DNA from: Eledone cirrhosa
Lineage: Eukaryota
Length of the DNA: 64,000 nucleotides
Direction of reading: 5' to 3'
Assembly: GCA_964016885.1 (NCBI GenBank)
Contig: OZ024743.1
Coordinates: 166,842,001 to 166,906,000, forward strand
Both the position numbers and the translations under genes were made by a program. Positions 11,270 through 25,362 of the stretch are shown piece after piece; within the stretch, counting starts at the first letter, position 1; every line of letters begins with the position of its first letter. Under the pieces are notes generated by a model, which was not told the DNA's origin, made no database searches, and worked only from the letters and a program-made list of their open reading frames with translations.

Positions 11270-12950
11270 AGGAACGAAATCTGCACAAAGTTAGAGAGCG
11301 AGATGCAGGAAGGTTCTAGAATAATAATACTAGGTTAGTTTTTTAGGAAGGGTCCAACAGAATGAGACATATTATTAAAAACATGTAACATATTAATTGA
11401 AAATCCGAGAGAAAAACGGAGAATTTGAATTCTAGACTGCCATAAATAGAAGTTTAAAACCCTTCTTATTGAGTCAACTACGGGTAAAAGGAAAGAGAAG
11501 TGGTTTGCTTACATTCTCAAAATCGACATATCGTCAATAAGAGAGATTAGATAGATAGATAAATTCTGTCCTTGGGAACCCAGCAACTTTTATATTAAAC
11601 TTGCGATCAGACGGGGCGGGGGAGAAGTAGCGAAATGTTAAAAAAGTTAGCGAGCGAGATGCAGGAAGGTTCTAGAATAATTAATTAATAATAATTGTTT
11701 CTACTTTTGGCACAGGCCAGTATATTACCCAGTGCATTACTGGTACTTTATTTTATTGACCCCGTCAGGATGAAAACAAAGTTAACCTCGGAGGAATTTG
11801 AACTCAGAATGTCAAGGACCGTAACTATGCGTCAAAGCATGGCGCCCGACCCTCTACCGACATTGCCAATCCACTCTGCCTTTTTATTTATAATTTATTA
11901 ATAATAATTGTTTCTACTTTTGGCACAAGGCCAGCAAATACCCGACGTATTACTGGTACTTTATTTTATCGACCCAGTAAGGTTCAAAGGCAAAGTTAAT
12001 CTCGAGGGGATTTGAACTCAGAATGGCAAGGGCCGTAACTCAATGCGTCAAAGCATGGTGTCCAACCCTCTACCGATACTGCCAATCCATCGCCCAATAA
12101 TAATAATAAAAGGTTAGTTTTTTTGGAAGGGTCCAACAGAATGAGACATGTTATTAAGAACATATAAAATATTAATTGAAAATCCGAGAGAAAAACGGAG
12201 AATTTGAATTGTAGACTGGCATAAATAGAAGTTTAAAACACTGCTTATTGAGTCATCTACGGGTAAAGCGAAAGAAAAGTGTGTGCTTACATTCTCAAAA
12301 TCGACATATCGTCCGTAAGAGAGATTAGATACTTAGATAATTTCTGTCCTTCGGAAAACAACAAGGTTTATTTTATACTTGCATCAGGGGGTGGGGGGTG
12401 GGGGGGTAAAAGTGAAATGTTCGCAAACTTAGCCAGCAAGATGCAGGGAGGTTTTAGAATAATTAATTAATAATAATTGTTTCTACTTTTGGCACAAGGC
12501 CAGCAATTACCCAGTGCATTAGTGGTACTTTATTTTATCGACCCCGTAAGAATGGAAGGCAAAGTTAATCTCGGCAGGTTTTGAACTCAGAATGGCAAGG
12601 GCCGTAACTATGCGTCAAATCATGGCGTCCGACCCTCTACCAATACTGCCAATCCACCGCCTTAATTAATAATAATTGTTTCTACTTTTGGCACAAGGCC
12701 AGCAAAATCCCAGTGTATTACTGATACTTTAATTTATCGACCCCGTAAGGATGAAAGGCAAAGTTAACCTCGGCTAGTAGGTTAGTTTTTTAGGAAGGGT
12801 CCAACAGAATGAGACATATTAAAAACATAAAATCCGAGAGAAAAACGGAGAATTTGAATTCTAGACTGGCATAAATAGAAGTTCAAAACACTGCTTATTG
12901 AGTCATCTACATATCGTCCGTAAGAGAGATTAGATAGATAGATAAATTAT
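11270..12950. repeat. Composite tandem amplification (unknown ~350-bp unit alternating with inverted SINE fragments)
   Basis: ggttagttttttaggaagggtccaacagaatgagacat recurs at ~11332, ~12112 and ~12781. Minus-strand SINE pieces at ~11690, ~11900, ~12470 and ~12670 alternate with it. Confidence 0.8.
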
Positions 12951-13019
12951 ATATGTGTATATATTTATATATATATATATATATATTTAAAAGAATAGAG
13001 GTGTAACACACGAGTTATG

Positions 13020-13387
13020 ATATATTGGTAAACGGAAAAGAAAATGCTGACAAATTGTTCACAGTGAAAAATAGTTTAATTAGGAATAAGTAAAAATTAG
13101 TAATAGTATTGGTTAGTATTCAGTTTTGGTTTTAAGTTTTACCGGTTGCGCAATTCTAATGCTTTTCAAAAATAACTTTGAGAGAGAGCGTCCGTGATGT
13201 TTACAGCAAACATCACGGACGCTCTCTCTCAAAATTATTTTTGAAAAGCATTAGAATTGCGCAACCGGTAAAACTTAAAACCAAAACTGAATACTAACCA
13301 ATACTATTACTAATTTTTACTTATTCCTAATTAAACTATTTTTCACTGTGAACAATTTGTCAGCATTTTCTTTTCCGTTTACCAATA

Positions 13388-13390
<3 letters not shown>
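13020..13390. repeat. Long near-perfect palindrome (183-bp arms, 5-nt loop)
   Basis: 13020-13202 is the reverse complement of 13208-13390 with one mismatch found; the loop is ACAGC. Confidence 0.95.
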
Positions 13391-13418
<28 letters not shown>

Positions 13419-13425
13419 GTGTGTG

Positions 13426-13477
<52 letters not shown>

Positions 13478-13498
13478 CATACATATATATATATGTGT

Positions 13499-13546
<48 letters not shown>

Positions 13547-13869
13547 ATATGTATATCAGTAGCGAAGGGTAACCTGGAAAGCAGGGCATGCAGTCCAATC
13601 GCCATGGTGGAAAGTGGAGCTGTGCAGCCTTACCTCCCGCAATTTCCTCTAAATGACCCTCCCGATCAAAGCCGTATGTAGTGTTATCTAGTGTGTGTGT
13701 ATGTGTTATCTTTTTATGTGTCTACGATTTAGCAAGTGGCCAAAATTCTGCTTGCTTCATCCGATGCTGTTGTGTGTTTATATGTGTGTGGTGCAAATGA
13801 GGCCGTAGAGAATCTCCAAAATACCGGAAAGGGTACTGGTGGATAATAACAGTCACATCAACATTTCAA

Positions 13870-16800
13870 CTGAAGCAGGGAGGCCACAATGCTTTCGATG
13901 TGTCAGCAATCACATTTAAAGACCTCCTGCCCTTTACAGACAAATTAAAAAAAAAAAGCCCCAAAAATACTCTAACCAACACCAACACAACAACAACAAC
14001 AACACCACACAAAACAAGCAAACACCAAAACAAACAACCACTCAACCAATAACAACAGAAAAAACACAGACAACTCCCCTGAAGAACACAGTCCCACACC
14101 ATCCCACTCCATCCAACACTACCACAAACACACACACAAAAACACCATCACCACACAACATACCACTCCTGCACACTCCTGATGATGATTACTCATCAAC
14201 AGACGAAGCTACTTCTCCATCCCCAAGCGAGGATGAAGGACAGCCTCGGAAATAAAAAAAACAAAAAAAGAAACACCACAAAGCCACAAAAACACCAATC
14301 ACTAACACAAACACACAATCACCGACACACACAGCAACACCACAATCAAACCTCCCCCTACCAGCAAAACACCAACACCACTCCAAACACAAACACCCAC
14401 CATAAAAAGAAAACTCCCAGATGAACAACAAACAAAAACAACACAACAAAAACAAAAACAACAGTACGCATACATCAACAATCAACACCAACAACAAAAA
14501 TTTGATGGAGGTCATCTCCAAAAACCCGAGGGGAAAACTTTCGTAAAATCGGAATCGGCACCACACCTGAAACTAATAAGAGTTTCCATGGAAACTTACA
14601 GCCAACTAAAAAGTGAATTTTCGCAGGACGTCGGCAACCCCTGTCATAAACCTATAAACCGCATCCTATTAAAATGTTTCCCCACCCAACACCCCCACGA
14701 ACAACCAAATGGAGATTGAACAACCCGATCTCCAGGAAACGAAAAGGTAAGTGCATCTTTTCGTCCTTTTTCGCCAACTCTTCTCCACTAACATGGCTAA
14801 TCTACGAGCTGGAAGTGTGAATGTGCGTGGTCTAGGGATGCGCTGGAAACAGGGCCAACTTTTAAACGACCTTAGGTCACATGGTATGGATGTGATAGCC
14901 ATCACCGAATCCAGGATCCACAACAGGCAGCAACTAACCCCCATCTTCAATGACTTTGAGATCTACGCATCTCCTGGAGGGGGAGTGGCTGTCATGTTTT
15001 GGAAAAACCTGGACCTTGAAATACAGCAAATACACTTGGACCTGAAGGGTAGACTGGTAGTCCTGGACGTGAAGCCTTCAGACTGGTGGCCACTTATGCC
15101 CCAACTGGGCAATCACGGCCAGACTTCTTTAAGCGTCTTGAGTCTTTTCTGTGAACGTCTCGCTCCTTGCTTTTAGTGGGGACTGGAATGGTATCCTAGA
15201 CGCACGATGGGACTATGTAGGAGCATGTCCCAGTAGAGGGGTGTGCAACAGCCTCAAAAATTTAATCGGCCAATTCCAACTAGCAGATAGGTATTGACTA
15301 GATTTCCCGATTGCACCACAGTGGATGTGGACAAATTGCAGCGGGACATCTAGATTGTATTTAGATAGGTTCTTTATTAGAGAAAGAGACAAGATGTTAA
15401 GCTGTCCACGAATGTACATGATTGTCTATTCAGACCACAAACTAGTCACCTGCATAGTCAACCATGATAGAACACATAGACAAGGACCCAGATACTGGAA
15501 GCTGAACATGTCATTACCGACGCATAAAGCCTACAGTGGACGGATAAGTAGATTAGTTAAGCAACAGTTGACGGGAGCCATCGTCAACAAAAGATGGTGG
15601 TATTCTCTCAAGAGAGCAATTAGGGTAGAGTCGATAGCTTTTAGCAAAGAACTAGCCTTAGAGAAAAACAAGACAGAAAAAGAACTAGTAGCCAAGGTAG
15701 AGGAGGTGCTTAGGAGTGGCAACGCAGCTAGAGTGCTAGCAATGAGAACGGCACTAGACCAGTTCTTCGATGCAAAATACAAAGGCGTAGTTCACGTCCT
15801 CTAGGAAACGAGGGAGCAAAAGCTGTTAGCTGGGCCTGAGTAGCAGAGGTAAAAAGTGGCAATAAGTCCACGATTCGGTCTTTGAAAGACCAAAACGGAC
15901 ACGTGCTACTTGATTCCAAGCGGATGTGCACGGCCTTTCAGTGGCACTTTGCGCAACTGTTCAAGCAGAGTGGCGGTGCGCCAAACAGGGCAATGGATTT
16001 TGGTTCATACCTCAATGGCCTGCCGCATCTCTCAAGCATGGATGCCGAGTTCTGCGAAAGACTGATCCCAGCCACTGAGATACGGGACGATCTGGGTCAT
16101 TGCAGGAAACGCAAATCACCCGGTCTAGATGGTCTACCCTATGAGTTTTATATAGGCATGCCGGACTTGTTCTCTGGCATCCTCAAAGCCGTCTAAAGCA
16201 ACTGGCAGCAGAACGGGAGAATTCCCAGTTCTGCAGGCAGGGGCATAGTAACACTGATCAGGAAAGACGAGAACAAGGGGGACGATCTAAGCAACTTTAG
16301 GCCCATAACTCTCCTAAACACAGAGTTAAAGATTTTGGCCAAGGTGTTAGCAACAAGGCTGGCACTTGTCATCGAGAACCTGGTGGGAAAAGCTCAAACA
16401 TGTGCAATTCCAACCAGGTCAATACACGACAACCTCCACCGCAAGCGAAACATCATAGAGAGGGTGGGGTGTAAACCCGGCTTCAGTGGGGCTCTGATCA
16501 ATTTAGATCAGTCTAAGGTATTCAATAGGGTCGACCATCGATACTTGGAAGCGGTTCTCAAGGCAGCCGGTTTCGGACCCGTCTTCAGAGGCTGGATCAC
16601 AGCAATGCACACCAACATCTGGTCAACAGTCAAGGTGAATGGCTATCTATTGGAGCAGATCGCAATCACGCGTTCCAACAGGGATGCCCTCTTTCCTCCA
16701 TTCTGTACATATTGACTCTAGAGCCACTACGGCGGAAGTTGGAGCTTCTGCAGGGTATCCTGTTGGAACCGGGACTGCGGAAAGCGGCGTCGGCTTATGC

Positions 16801-18340
16801 CGACGACCTGACAGTAATGGTGTCGAAAACCTCGGAAATTGGGGCAATCGGCAACTTACTGCAGGAATACAAAAGGTTCAGAGGAGCAAAACTGAATCCG
16901 GACAAGTTTGTTGGTTTGCAACTCGGAACGTGAAAGGCAAACTGATGCCGTCCGACAGCGTTGTCGGATGCTGGATGGGAGGACCGGTGAAATTGCTTGG
17001 GGTCTAGTTCAGTCCAGACCTCCAGGTAAAGAAAAACTGGAACGAGGTCACAGCCAAGGTATTTTCGCTCACCCAGAGGTGGGCAGAGCGCAAACTATCC
17101 TTGAAGGGTTGAGCGGAGGTGGCGAACACTTTCATATTGTCCATCATCTACTACTGCTTGACCGTCGTGCCTTATCCCCATGAATACCTCACCAAGATGG
17201 AACGCATGCTCTTCCAGTTCCTTTGGAAGAAGCAGGATCCACTGGTGAGGAGATCCGTCTGCTGTCAGCACCCTTCCAACGGAGGGCTGGGAATGTTGTG
17301 GCTGATGATGCGCAAACACACGCTGAGGCTACGGCATCTCCAGGTATTCCTCACCGATCAACCGGTGTGGGCACCGTTTGTGAGACAGGGCTTCCCACAA
17401 CTTGTCTCGCTGATGGAGCTGCAGCCCTGGGTCAAGTGGAGATTGAAGAAAATTGGCACCTGGCACATTGAATGCGCTCAGGCGCTCACAGTCCTCTCTC
17501 TGTCAAGCGGGCACAGCAATGAGTGGAGACTCCACTCAACATTCTATAGAGGGTTAGTACGTTACAAGTGCGACAACCCTGGGTGTCGAAGACGACAAGC
17601 TCACCAGTCTGTTTGGTAGGACTATCCGCCCGGGACCTATGGACAACTTCCAGAGGTCTCTGGCCTGGCAGTGCTACCGAGGAGCTCTACCAGTTTGAGA
17701 CAAGATCTACAGGCACAGATACCCCGGCAGGGATCCTTCCAAGATGCGAGTAGGACATTGAAACCGTCTTGCATGCAATTGTACACTGCCTGAGCGTAAC
17801 CGACCTTTGGAACTACGCAGAACAACTGCTGTCATGTATCGAACAAATCCAGTTGACTGCCGAGTCCATAGTAAGGATCAAACCGCAAAGTTCTTTCAAA
17901 AACGAAAGAGAGGCAGTTTTCCTCTGTATAGTGGCTATGGTAAAAGAGGTTATATGGTGGACGAGATTAAGAGGACTGAGGACAGATGCCTTTCTCTCCG
18001 GACAACAACTCATTCCCTTCTTTAGGTACCACTTTAGAAGGAGAATCAGAGTGGAGAGAGAGGCACTGCGCCCCAGTAAATTTACTGAAAGGTGAGTGAA
18101 TGTAGCAAAAATGGCCCCAGTGAGTGGGCCTTCTCTGTATATAAACCTGTAGGTTGAAGAAGAGAGCAAAAGGAAAGGAGCACTTGCACAACACGCTCCT
18201 GGAGTTGAGGGTTGTTCTATCAACCCATTTGTAACGCCTCCCCCCTATATGGGGATTTCGATTGTTAAATTTGTTTGTTTTAATAATATTTTTGAGGGGT
18301 GATAGATTACTTGAAAACACATGAAAAACCTCAATTATTA
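13870..18340 (+). mobile_element. Second, more degenerate L1/Tx1 LINE
   Basis: ORF1 remnant to 14750. ORF2 runs from ATG 14793 (MANLRAGSVNVRGLG) to TAG 18152 with KSPGLDGLP, LDQSKVFNRV and SAYADDL. Homologous to the element at 5338-11016. Confidence 0.9.
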
Positions 18341-18811
18341 TCAATTTTATTTAGGGTTATTAGCAGTCAATGTACAAACAAAATTCCTTTTTATATTATC
18401 TTCTCCAAAAATTGTTGACTTTGTGCCAAAATTAGGAACCATTAATATTATTGTTACATCATTTGAGGTTTATCCTACTTTATTAAAAATTAATTGGTAG
18501 GTTTGGATGAAGGGCAGTGCCCATGAGCTTAAAAAGATCTCTGGAGCTTGTGTAACACATTGGGTATGTGTCTTCTGCCTTAGGCTGACTAATGCCATGT
18601 GAAGGAATTTGGTGGAGGGAATTAATACATAGTCATGAGTACAAGCCTTTTCATTTCAGCCAGTGTTTTGCATGCTTTAGAAAGACAACATAACTACAAC
18701 TATTGGACTGACAATAGCTTGGAAAGAAATCTGTTAAAAATCCTGGTTGCACAAGGGAAGAAAACAAGGAATGAAAAATAGGAAATAAAAAAAGATAAAT
18801 GGAATACAAAC

Positions 18812-18986
18812 CAACAACTCTGACATGTTCGATGACATCATCGCGGACATCGGAAATATCCCACATGGACATGAATGAAGTACAGCAGTTGGCATGGTCA
18901 ACAGTCATGTCAATAAATGGTTTGTGTGAAAAGGAGAAATAGTGTGCTATAGCAGCTACAAACATTTCAATACAAATACAGAAGTC
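18812..18986 (-). CDS. TMEM184C: TMEM184C penultimate exon (last TM helix of the OST-alpha/TMEM184 domain)
   Basis: 175-bp exon between ttttcttccAG and GTttgt. It encodes DFCICIEMFVAAIAHYFSFSHKPFIDMTVDHANCCTSFMSMWDISDVRDDVIEHVRVV(G), closely matching TMEM184C [24 protein letters not shown]...FLAMWDVSDIRDDISEQVR. Confidence 0.95.
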
Positions 18987-19894
18987 CTGGAAGAAAATAA
19001 ATATATAAATGAATTGAAAAAAAAAATTTTATGATAAAATTATTTTGATATAACAAATTGGTTAAACATACAGAGAAAGAAAGGACTATAAATGCCATAA
19101 ATGAGAGGAAAAGGAGGGAAAGTGCAAGAACTACTAGACAAAGGAAGAAAGAAAGGGGGAAGAGAGTGACAGACTCTACACTTAAGTCAGAGCTGCAAGT
19201 AGAGGGAAACACTTGATGTGTATCTATCAATTTTATTTTTAGTTATTAGTATTGTTTTACCATACATTTTCATGCTTTCATGGGTAAGGAGGTTAATATG
19301 ATTGATGAAGGCAATTGATTTTATGGCCTAATGCCCTTCCTAACATTACCCACTCAATTGTGAAGTAGGATGCCATTCCTACCATTAACTACTCAATTAT
19401 AAAGCAAATATCTTTCCTACAAAAAAGCACTCAACATTGAAGCAAAATATCCTTCCTCCCATTAACTACTCAACTGTGAAGCAGGATGTCCTTCTTACCA
19501 TTAAACACTCAACTATAAAGTAACATCCTCTTCGTATCAGCAAAATCACCCCTAAAATGAAACTTTACATTGAAAAAATAAAATAAAATAAAAACACATT
19601 GGGTAATATAATTCTAGATATGTGTTAAAAAACAAAAATAAAAGCCTAAACAAACAAAAAAACAATGTGATGGCCACAGAAAAAATGCATTTGATTCTGT
19701 TTGCTATGGGTTGACCTGGGGTTAAACAATAATTAGTAATCCCAATAACAATCACTAAATTAACAATAACAACTATTACTACCACAACTCTTATAACTTG
19801 AAATAGCAGTAAAATCCAACTCAAATCACACCCATGTGTCTCAATAAAGGAAGGGCATATTAGATATATAGTCCTAGATACACCATGTGTGTGA

Positions 19895-20130
19895 AGATGC
19901 ATGGCTTAATGGTTGTGAATTTGATTTCTGGTGGCACATTTATTTCACATTGCTTCAGTCCATTCTGCTGGAAAATAATGAGTTGTAACTCAAGGGGCCA
20001 GCCTTGTCACATAGAATTTCCTTGAGAACTATGTTAAAAGTACACAGGCTGGTGGAATGCTCAGTCACTTGCACATTAACTTCATGAGCAGACTGTTCTG
20101 ATGATCAAACTGGAACTGACAGGGTTTCAA
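19895..20130 (+). mobile_element. Degenerate tRNA/CORE-type SINE
   Basis: A-box-like tggcttaatgg and a CORE-like ttatttcacattgcttcagtccattctgctgg...aatgag segment similar to the 51494 SINE. Confidence 0.5.
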
Positions 20131-20286
20131 CACACTATATGTATAACCCCCACCCACCCCCAAAAAGAAAAAGAAAGAGAAAAAAAACAAGATTTTCATA
20201 GCTGGAATGCTTTTGATCCTAGATCTATAGATCAGGTCTTATCTTATGTACACACCTAAATAACAACACCATTTAAAGTACTATAC

Positions 20287-20386
20287 CTGAAGACCACTGG
20301 CAACCATTTTTACTGAATAATATCCCCATGATGTTTGCTCAGTTATAACATGTGTTTTCACAAGGGCTGCAATAAGGACAGCTTGC
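20287..20386 (-). CDS. TMEM184C: TMEM184C internal exon
   Basis: 100-bp exon between tttttaattctAG and GTatag. It encodes (W)QAVLIAALVKTHVITEQTSWGYYSVKMVASGLQ, matching TMEM184C [34 protein letters not shown], and its phase 0 end joins the 18986 exon (GLQ|DF). Confidence 0.95.
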
Positions 20387-20489
20387 CTAGAATTAAAAAG
20401 AAAGAATAAAAATAGAATTTCACAGCACAAAGTCACAAATTTGGAATCTGATCACAAATCAAAGTTTGTGATCAGATTTCAAATGAATT

Positions 20490-21260
20490 CATCATCACTG
20501 TTTATCATACATTTTCCCACTTTGGCATGGGTTAGACAAGTTATCCTGTTGTGAGCAATGCAGGTCAGGTGACCATATCATGCTCATACAGAACCAATTT
20601 TGGCTTGGTTTCTACAGCTGGATGCCCTTCCTAGTGCCAACCTCACTGCCAGTGAGTACTGGGTGCTTTTTGTCATAACACCTACATAACCACTTTAAAT
20701 TATACATTGGGTGCTTTTTGCAGTGTGGGATGGGCACTTTTTGTTGTGTTGCCATCACAACCACTTTACAATGTGGGTTGGTGCTTTTTGTCGTGTCGCC
20801 ATCATGACCACTTTACAGTGTGGGCTGGGGCTTTCAGTGGATGTATACTTCAACTTGTCCTCATGGGAGATGTATGGGAGTGCTTCAGCTTCGGCCTGTG
20901 CCAAGTCAGGTCTTCTGTATTACTGCGTAATGCCAGAGATCTCAGCCCTATGTCATCGCCTTTGATAGGTGCAATTCGGCAAGGTCAGCTTTTATCACCT
21001 CATCCCCAGTCTTCCTGGGTCTCCCCACTCCACGGCTTCCATCCTTCATACACATCACATGTCCATACCAACGCAATCTCCTCTCTTGCACACTGCATCT
21101 GATTACTCTTATACCTAGTTTTTCTCTCAGTACATCTATGCTTTGCCATTCACATATATTATGATTACACATCCATCAGAGCATGCAAGCTTCATTTCTT
21201 TCCGATCTACACAAGTCTTTTGCACACAGTGCCCAGGTCTCACTACCATGCACTATAAAC
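20490..21260 (-). mobile_element. RTE LINE 3' fragment with modular 3' UTR
   Basis: QERRLRWYGHVM...GRPRKT on the minus strand, followed by aagggcatccagctgtagaaacc modules and the RTE tail. Confidence 0.8.
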
Positions 21261-21639
21261 ACGCAAACATTTATATATATACACACATGATGTGTTTATA
21301 TGAACAGCAGTTCATATACACACATCATGTGTGTATATATATAAATCTTTGCGTGTTTATGTGTGTACATATACACACACACATATACATGAATCAGAAA
21401 TCCATACCCTCATACACACACAGAAGTAAAAAAAAAAAAAAAGAAAAAGAAAAGATACCTCAGGATGACTACGCAACACTCTCCAAAATAAAAAATAAAA
21501 ATAAATTGGTCAGAGAATGAAGTCAACATTCTAATAAATACATGGTTTTGTATTTCTCAAATGCTTTTTGTCTGAACCATATTGCCCAAAAATCATCTTA
21601 AATATTAAAAAAATACTCAGAGAAACAGATTTTGAACTT

Positions 21640-24600
21640 ATTTAGGCACATTGAGATATTTTTCAAATTAATTCACAGGCATTTTAAAGAACTTGAACAC
21701 ATTTTGTCCAGCCAGAGCAGCAGAACCAACTGCAGTGACAACAACAGAAACAACAACAGCAACCAAGCCAGCAGCCCCTGACACAGCCACTCCTAAATAT
21801 AAGCAACAACAACTAACCTTCATATCCCAACTTTTCAAATTTGCTACTTTCTCAAGAGACAAAACATCATCCTTGTCAATATCCACAACTATTATCTTTC
21901 CAATTAGTGATGAAGCAGTCTTATCTCCTTTCCCCCTTCATCTCAAACTACTCAAGAAACCAGCCATCATTGTTTCCATCCTGTACTGCTGTTACTATCA
22001 CTCCAACTAATGATGAAGCACTCCTCTCTCCTTCACCCTCTCCATCTCAAATCAAAAACATACCTCACAGCTCCAGGGAAAATTTGCAAAACATACACAA
22101 ATTGAAATCTGTCACAGCACACAGCTGCAATCCCAAAATATTCTGTTATTTATGCATAAACAGCGACTGCTAATTCACACATCTATCTGGTACAAGATGC
22201 ACAATTCATATAAAGAACAGCCAAAGCAGCTAACACCAAAGCACATATTCCACAATAACACACTGCCACCACCAATTACTAAAGCGCACATAAAAACACC
22301 CATACACATAACACAGAATCCTAAAATTTGTTGTTATTCCCAATGCAACAGATTATGTCTGTAGCAAGATTGTTCCTTTACTGACCTTCCAGTGATTTGA
22401 CACATCAATAAAAATGGGAACCCAAGCCAACACCAAACCTACAGTAAAAACATCCCCTGATGTAACAGGTGCAGATTTTTCCCAAAACACAGCAAACAGC
22501 TGCAAACATGCAAATAAACATAATCTTATCAAACAGTGAAACCACAACAACTCAAGGCACCAGTCAAACACTTTTTTATGCATGATGAACCTGGCCAAAG
22601 AGATACTAAAAAAACTTCTAGCCATCACACAACACCAACCTCTACTATCACCCCAGTACAGAAACTCCCATTGCTGTCATTAACCATGCTCACCATGCCT
22701 ATGACTTAACAGTAGTTGGGCTCTATAGGCCACCCCATTCGCCTCCACTATGCTTCAAACAATGCCTCAACAGGATAAAGTATTTAGTCTTTTATCCAGC
22801 AGTGCCATCCTGGTAACATTCTAATGACGAGTGACTTCAACCTCCCTTGTGTTGATTAGTCTAAAACCTCTTGAAACCACATATTTACACTTCAACTCCT
22901 AACAAAGCAGCAGTAGAATCACTCTTCGACTTTATGGATGAGTTTTTCCTGGCCCAACTTGTGCTCACACCAACAAGTTGTCACAAAAACATTTTGGACC
23001 TAGTGTTTAGTAACCACACAAACACCATTCACAATTCTGCAATGGAAAAAACCCTTCTCTCAAATATGGTTGTTTGTAATCTGAGATTTCATTAGGCAAA
23101 AATTAAACACTATTAACTTTCTCTTTCATTTGCCAAAAAACACAATGTCACTGTCTTCATTGTTGGCCCCCTGGCTGATGAAAATAATACCCTCCATATT
23201 GCTGTTTTCAGAAATCTTTACATGGTTGATCTGGACAGTATCAGTGATGTAAACCCCCAACATACTACATCTGACATAATGTTTGACACCCCTGATATTT
23301 TAGTGGCAATAAACAAAATCAAGCACAAGTGTCCTGAAGAATTGCCAACATCAACTTGCATCCTCTTTTGCTAATATTTGGAGAAACTCACTGGATGTAG
23401 GCTATATCCCTGAACATTTCCTGTCCCAGTCTGTCATCCCAGACTTCAAAAAAGAGAACAAGTCCCTTGTCCAATCTCATGCACCTATCATCAAGGTATT
23501 TGATAGGGTGGTGTGATCACAAATAACTAACTTCCTTGAAAGGAACAATCTGCTGAACTAGCATGGGTTCCGTGACGGCAGGAACTACCTAACACAGCTG
23601 CTGCATCACTTTGATAACTTTCTAAAAGCTATAAGAGAGGTGTCCAACACTGAGGCATATACATTGATTTCAGAAATGCCTTTGACAAGGGTGATCACAA
23701 CTTCCTGTTGAAGAATCTATCCAATATTGGAGTCTGTGAAAAGCTGCTGCAGTGGATTAAATGTTTCCTGACAAACAGATCACAGCATGAAGATATATGA
23801 TCAAGTTCAGCAAAAGTAAGTAACGGAGTCCTGCACAGCACTGTGTTGAGCTCACTTCTTTTCATTATCTACATAAATGACATTATAAGCAAGGTAAGAA
23901 TTTTTGCAGATGATTCTAAGCTCCAGAATGCCCACAACAAAGTGGGAAACTGGACATGCCTTCAATTGGATCTGCGCGCACTTATCCAATGGGTGACAAA
24001 AAATAATTAATCCACTTTGAAAAAGAGGCTACATTGAAATTACCATATTCTCTTCCCTCAGGTGCAACCTTTGTGGCACCAAACAACACCAGAGACCTTG
24101 GAGTAATTGTTGACAACTTAAGCTGGAGTACTCACATAAACACCAAAGTTGACTTGGCCTGCAGGATGTGTTCCAAAATTCTCAGAACTTTCCAGTCTAG
24201 AGAAATTGACACCATCCTCCTACTCTGCATTTGCCTGAATACTGTTGACCACTGTGGTCTCCTCACAAGAAAAAATGTATTATGAAAATTGAAGCATTCC
24301 AGAGGTCAATTATAAAAAAGATAGATGGTATGACAGGTTTTGACTATTGGGGGGGTCAACTAAAAAAACTCAAACTCTACTCTCTCTAACATCATCTGTA
24401 TGTTGTGGAAAATATTCCATTAATATTATCCAAATGATGTTGGCATAACCTCTAAAATCCACCAAAAACTTGGTTCCCGTGTTATCCACCCACTACAAAA
24501 ATCTCATAGTAATGATATGACACAACTACTTCACCTCAACTGGTCCTGCCCTCTTTAATATAATACTGAAATACATCAAGACAGAAACATATCCCATAAT

Positions 24601-24785
24601 AGATAAAGATTTCCTGGACAAATTCCTCAAAGAAATCACAGATAAACCCCCTACACCAGGATATGTCTCTGAAATTAACAACTTCTTACTTAAGTGGGAC
24701 ACAGTGTTCAAATCATGACTAAATTGTGAACCCATAATCTGAAAGATTTTGTCAGGTGGTGCTATTAAGTTAGAGATGGCCCGGG
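21640..24785 (+). mobile_element. Degenerate CR1-clade LINE
   Basis: APE remnants (SDFNLP, NILDLVFSN), RT remnants (DFRNAFDK, IFADDSKL) and RDLGVIVDNLSWSTHI; many stops. Confidence 0.75.
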
Positions 24786-24789
24786 CCAG

Positions 24790-25362
24790 CACTTGCCAAA
24801 AGTTATCAATGGCGAAGCATATGAATGGCAAAGCATAAACAAACTGAGAGGAAAACTAGGCATAAGAGGAATCAGATGCAGAGTGTAGGAGACGAGATTG
24901 CCTTGCCATGGGTATGAAGGACTACAGCTGTATAAGAAGGTGCAGAGCACTCAAAGTCGATGACACAGGACAGTGATCTCTGGCGTTATGCAGGAATACA
25001 GAAGATCCGATCCGTCATCCCATAGGCACAGGCCGAAGCTGAAGCATATATACAGTATGCCATGTCACACCAGCACCCATCCTGCCCTTCCACTGTATCG
25101 GGGTCATGTAAGTATGATGACGAAAAATACCCAGCCCACACTGGGAGGGTCGTAGAGGTATCATGACAAAAAAAAACCATTACTCACTGCAAATTGGCAT
25201 TAAGAAGGGCATCCAGCTGTAGAAACCAAGCCAAAATCAGTTCTGTATAAGCAAAGCATGGTCACTTGACCTAGCATTGCCCATAACAGGACAACTTGTC
25301 TAACCCATGCTAGCGTGGAAGAATGGACGTAAAATGGTGATGATGATGATGATGATGGTGAT
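24790..25362 (+). mobile_element. RTE LINE 3' fragment
   Basis: KLRGKLGIRGIRCRV remnant, a 3' UTR homologous to 20490-20950, and a (GAT)n tail. Confidence 0.75.

Noticed and set aside
13722-13770. Minus-strand CGGATGA-AGCAAG...CTTGCT-AAA hammerhead-like pattern
   Set aside because: Both core boxes are defective and there is no convincing stem I or III.
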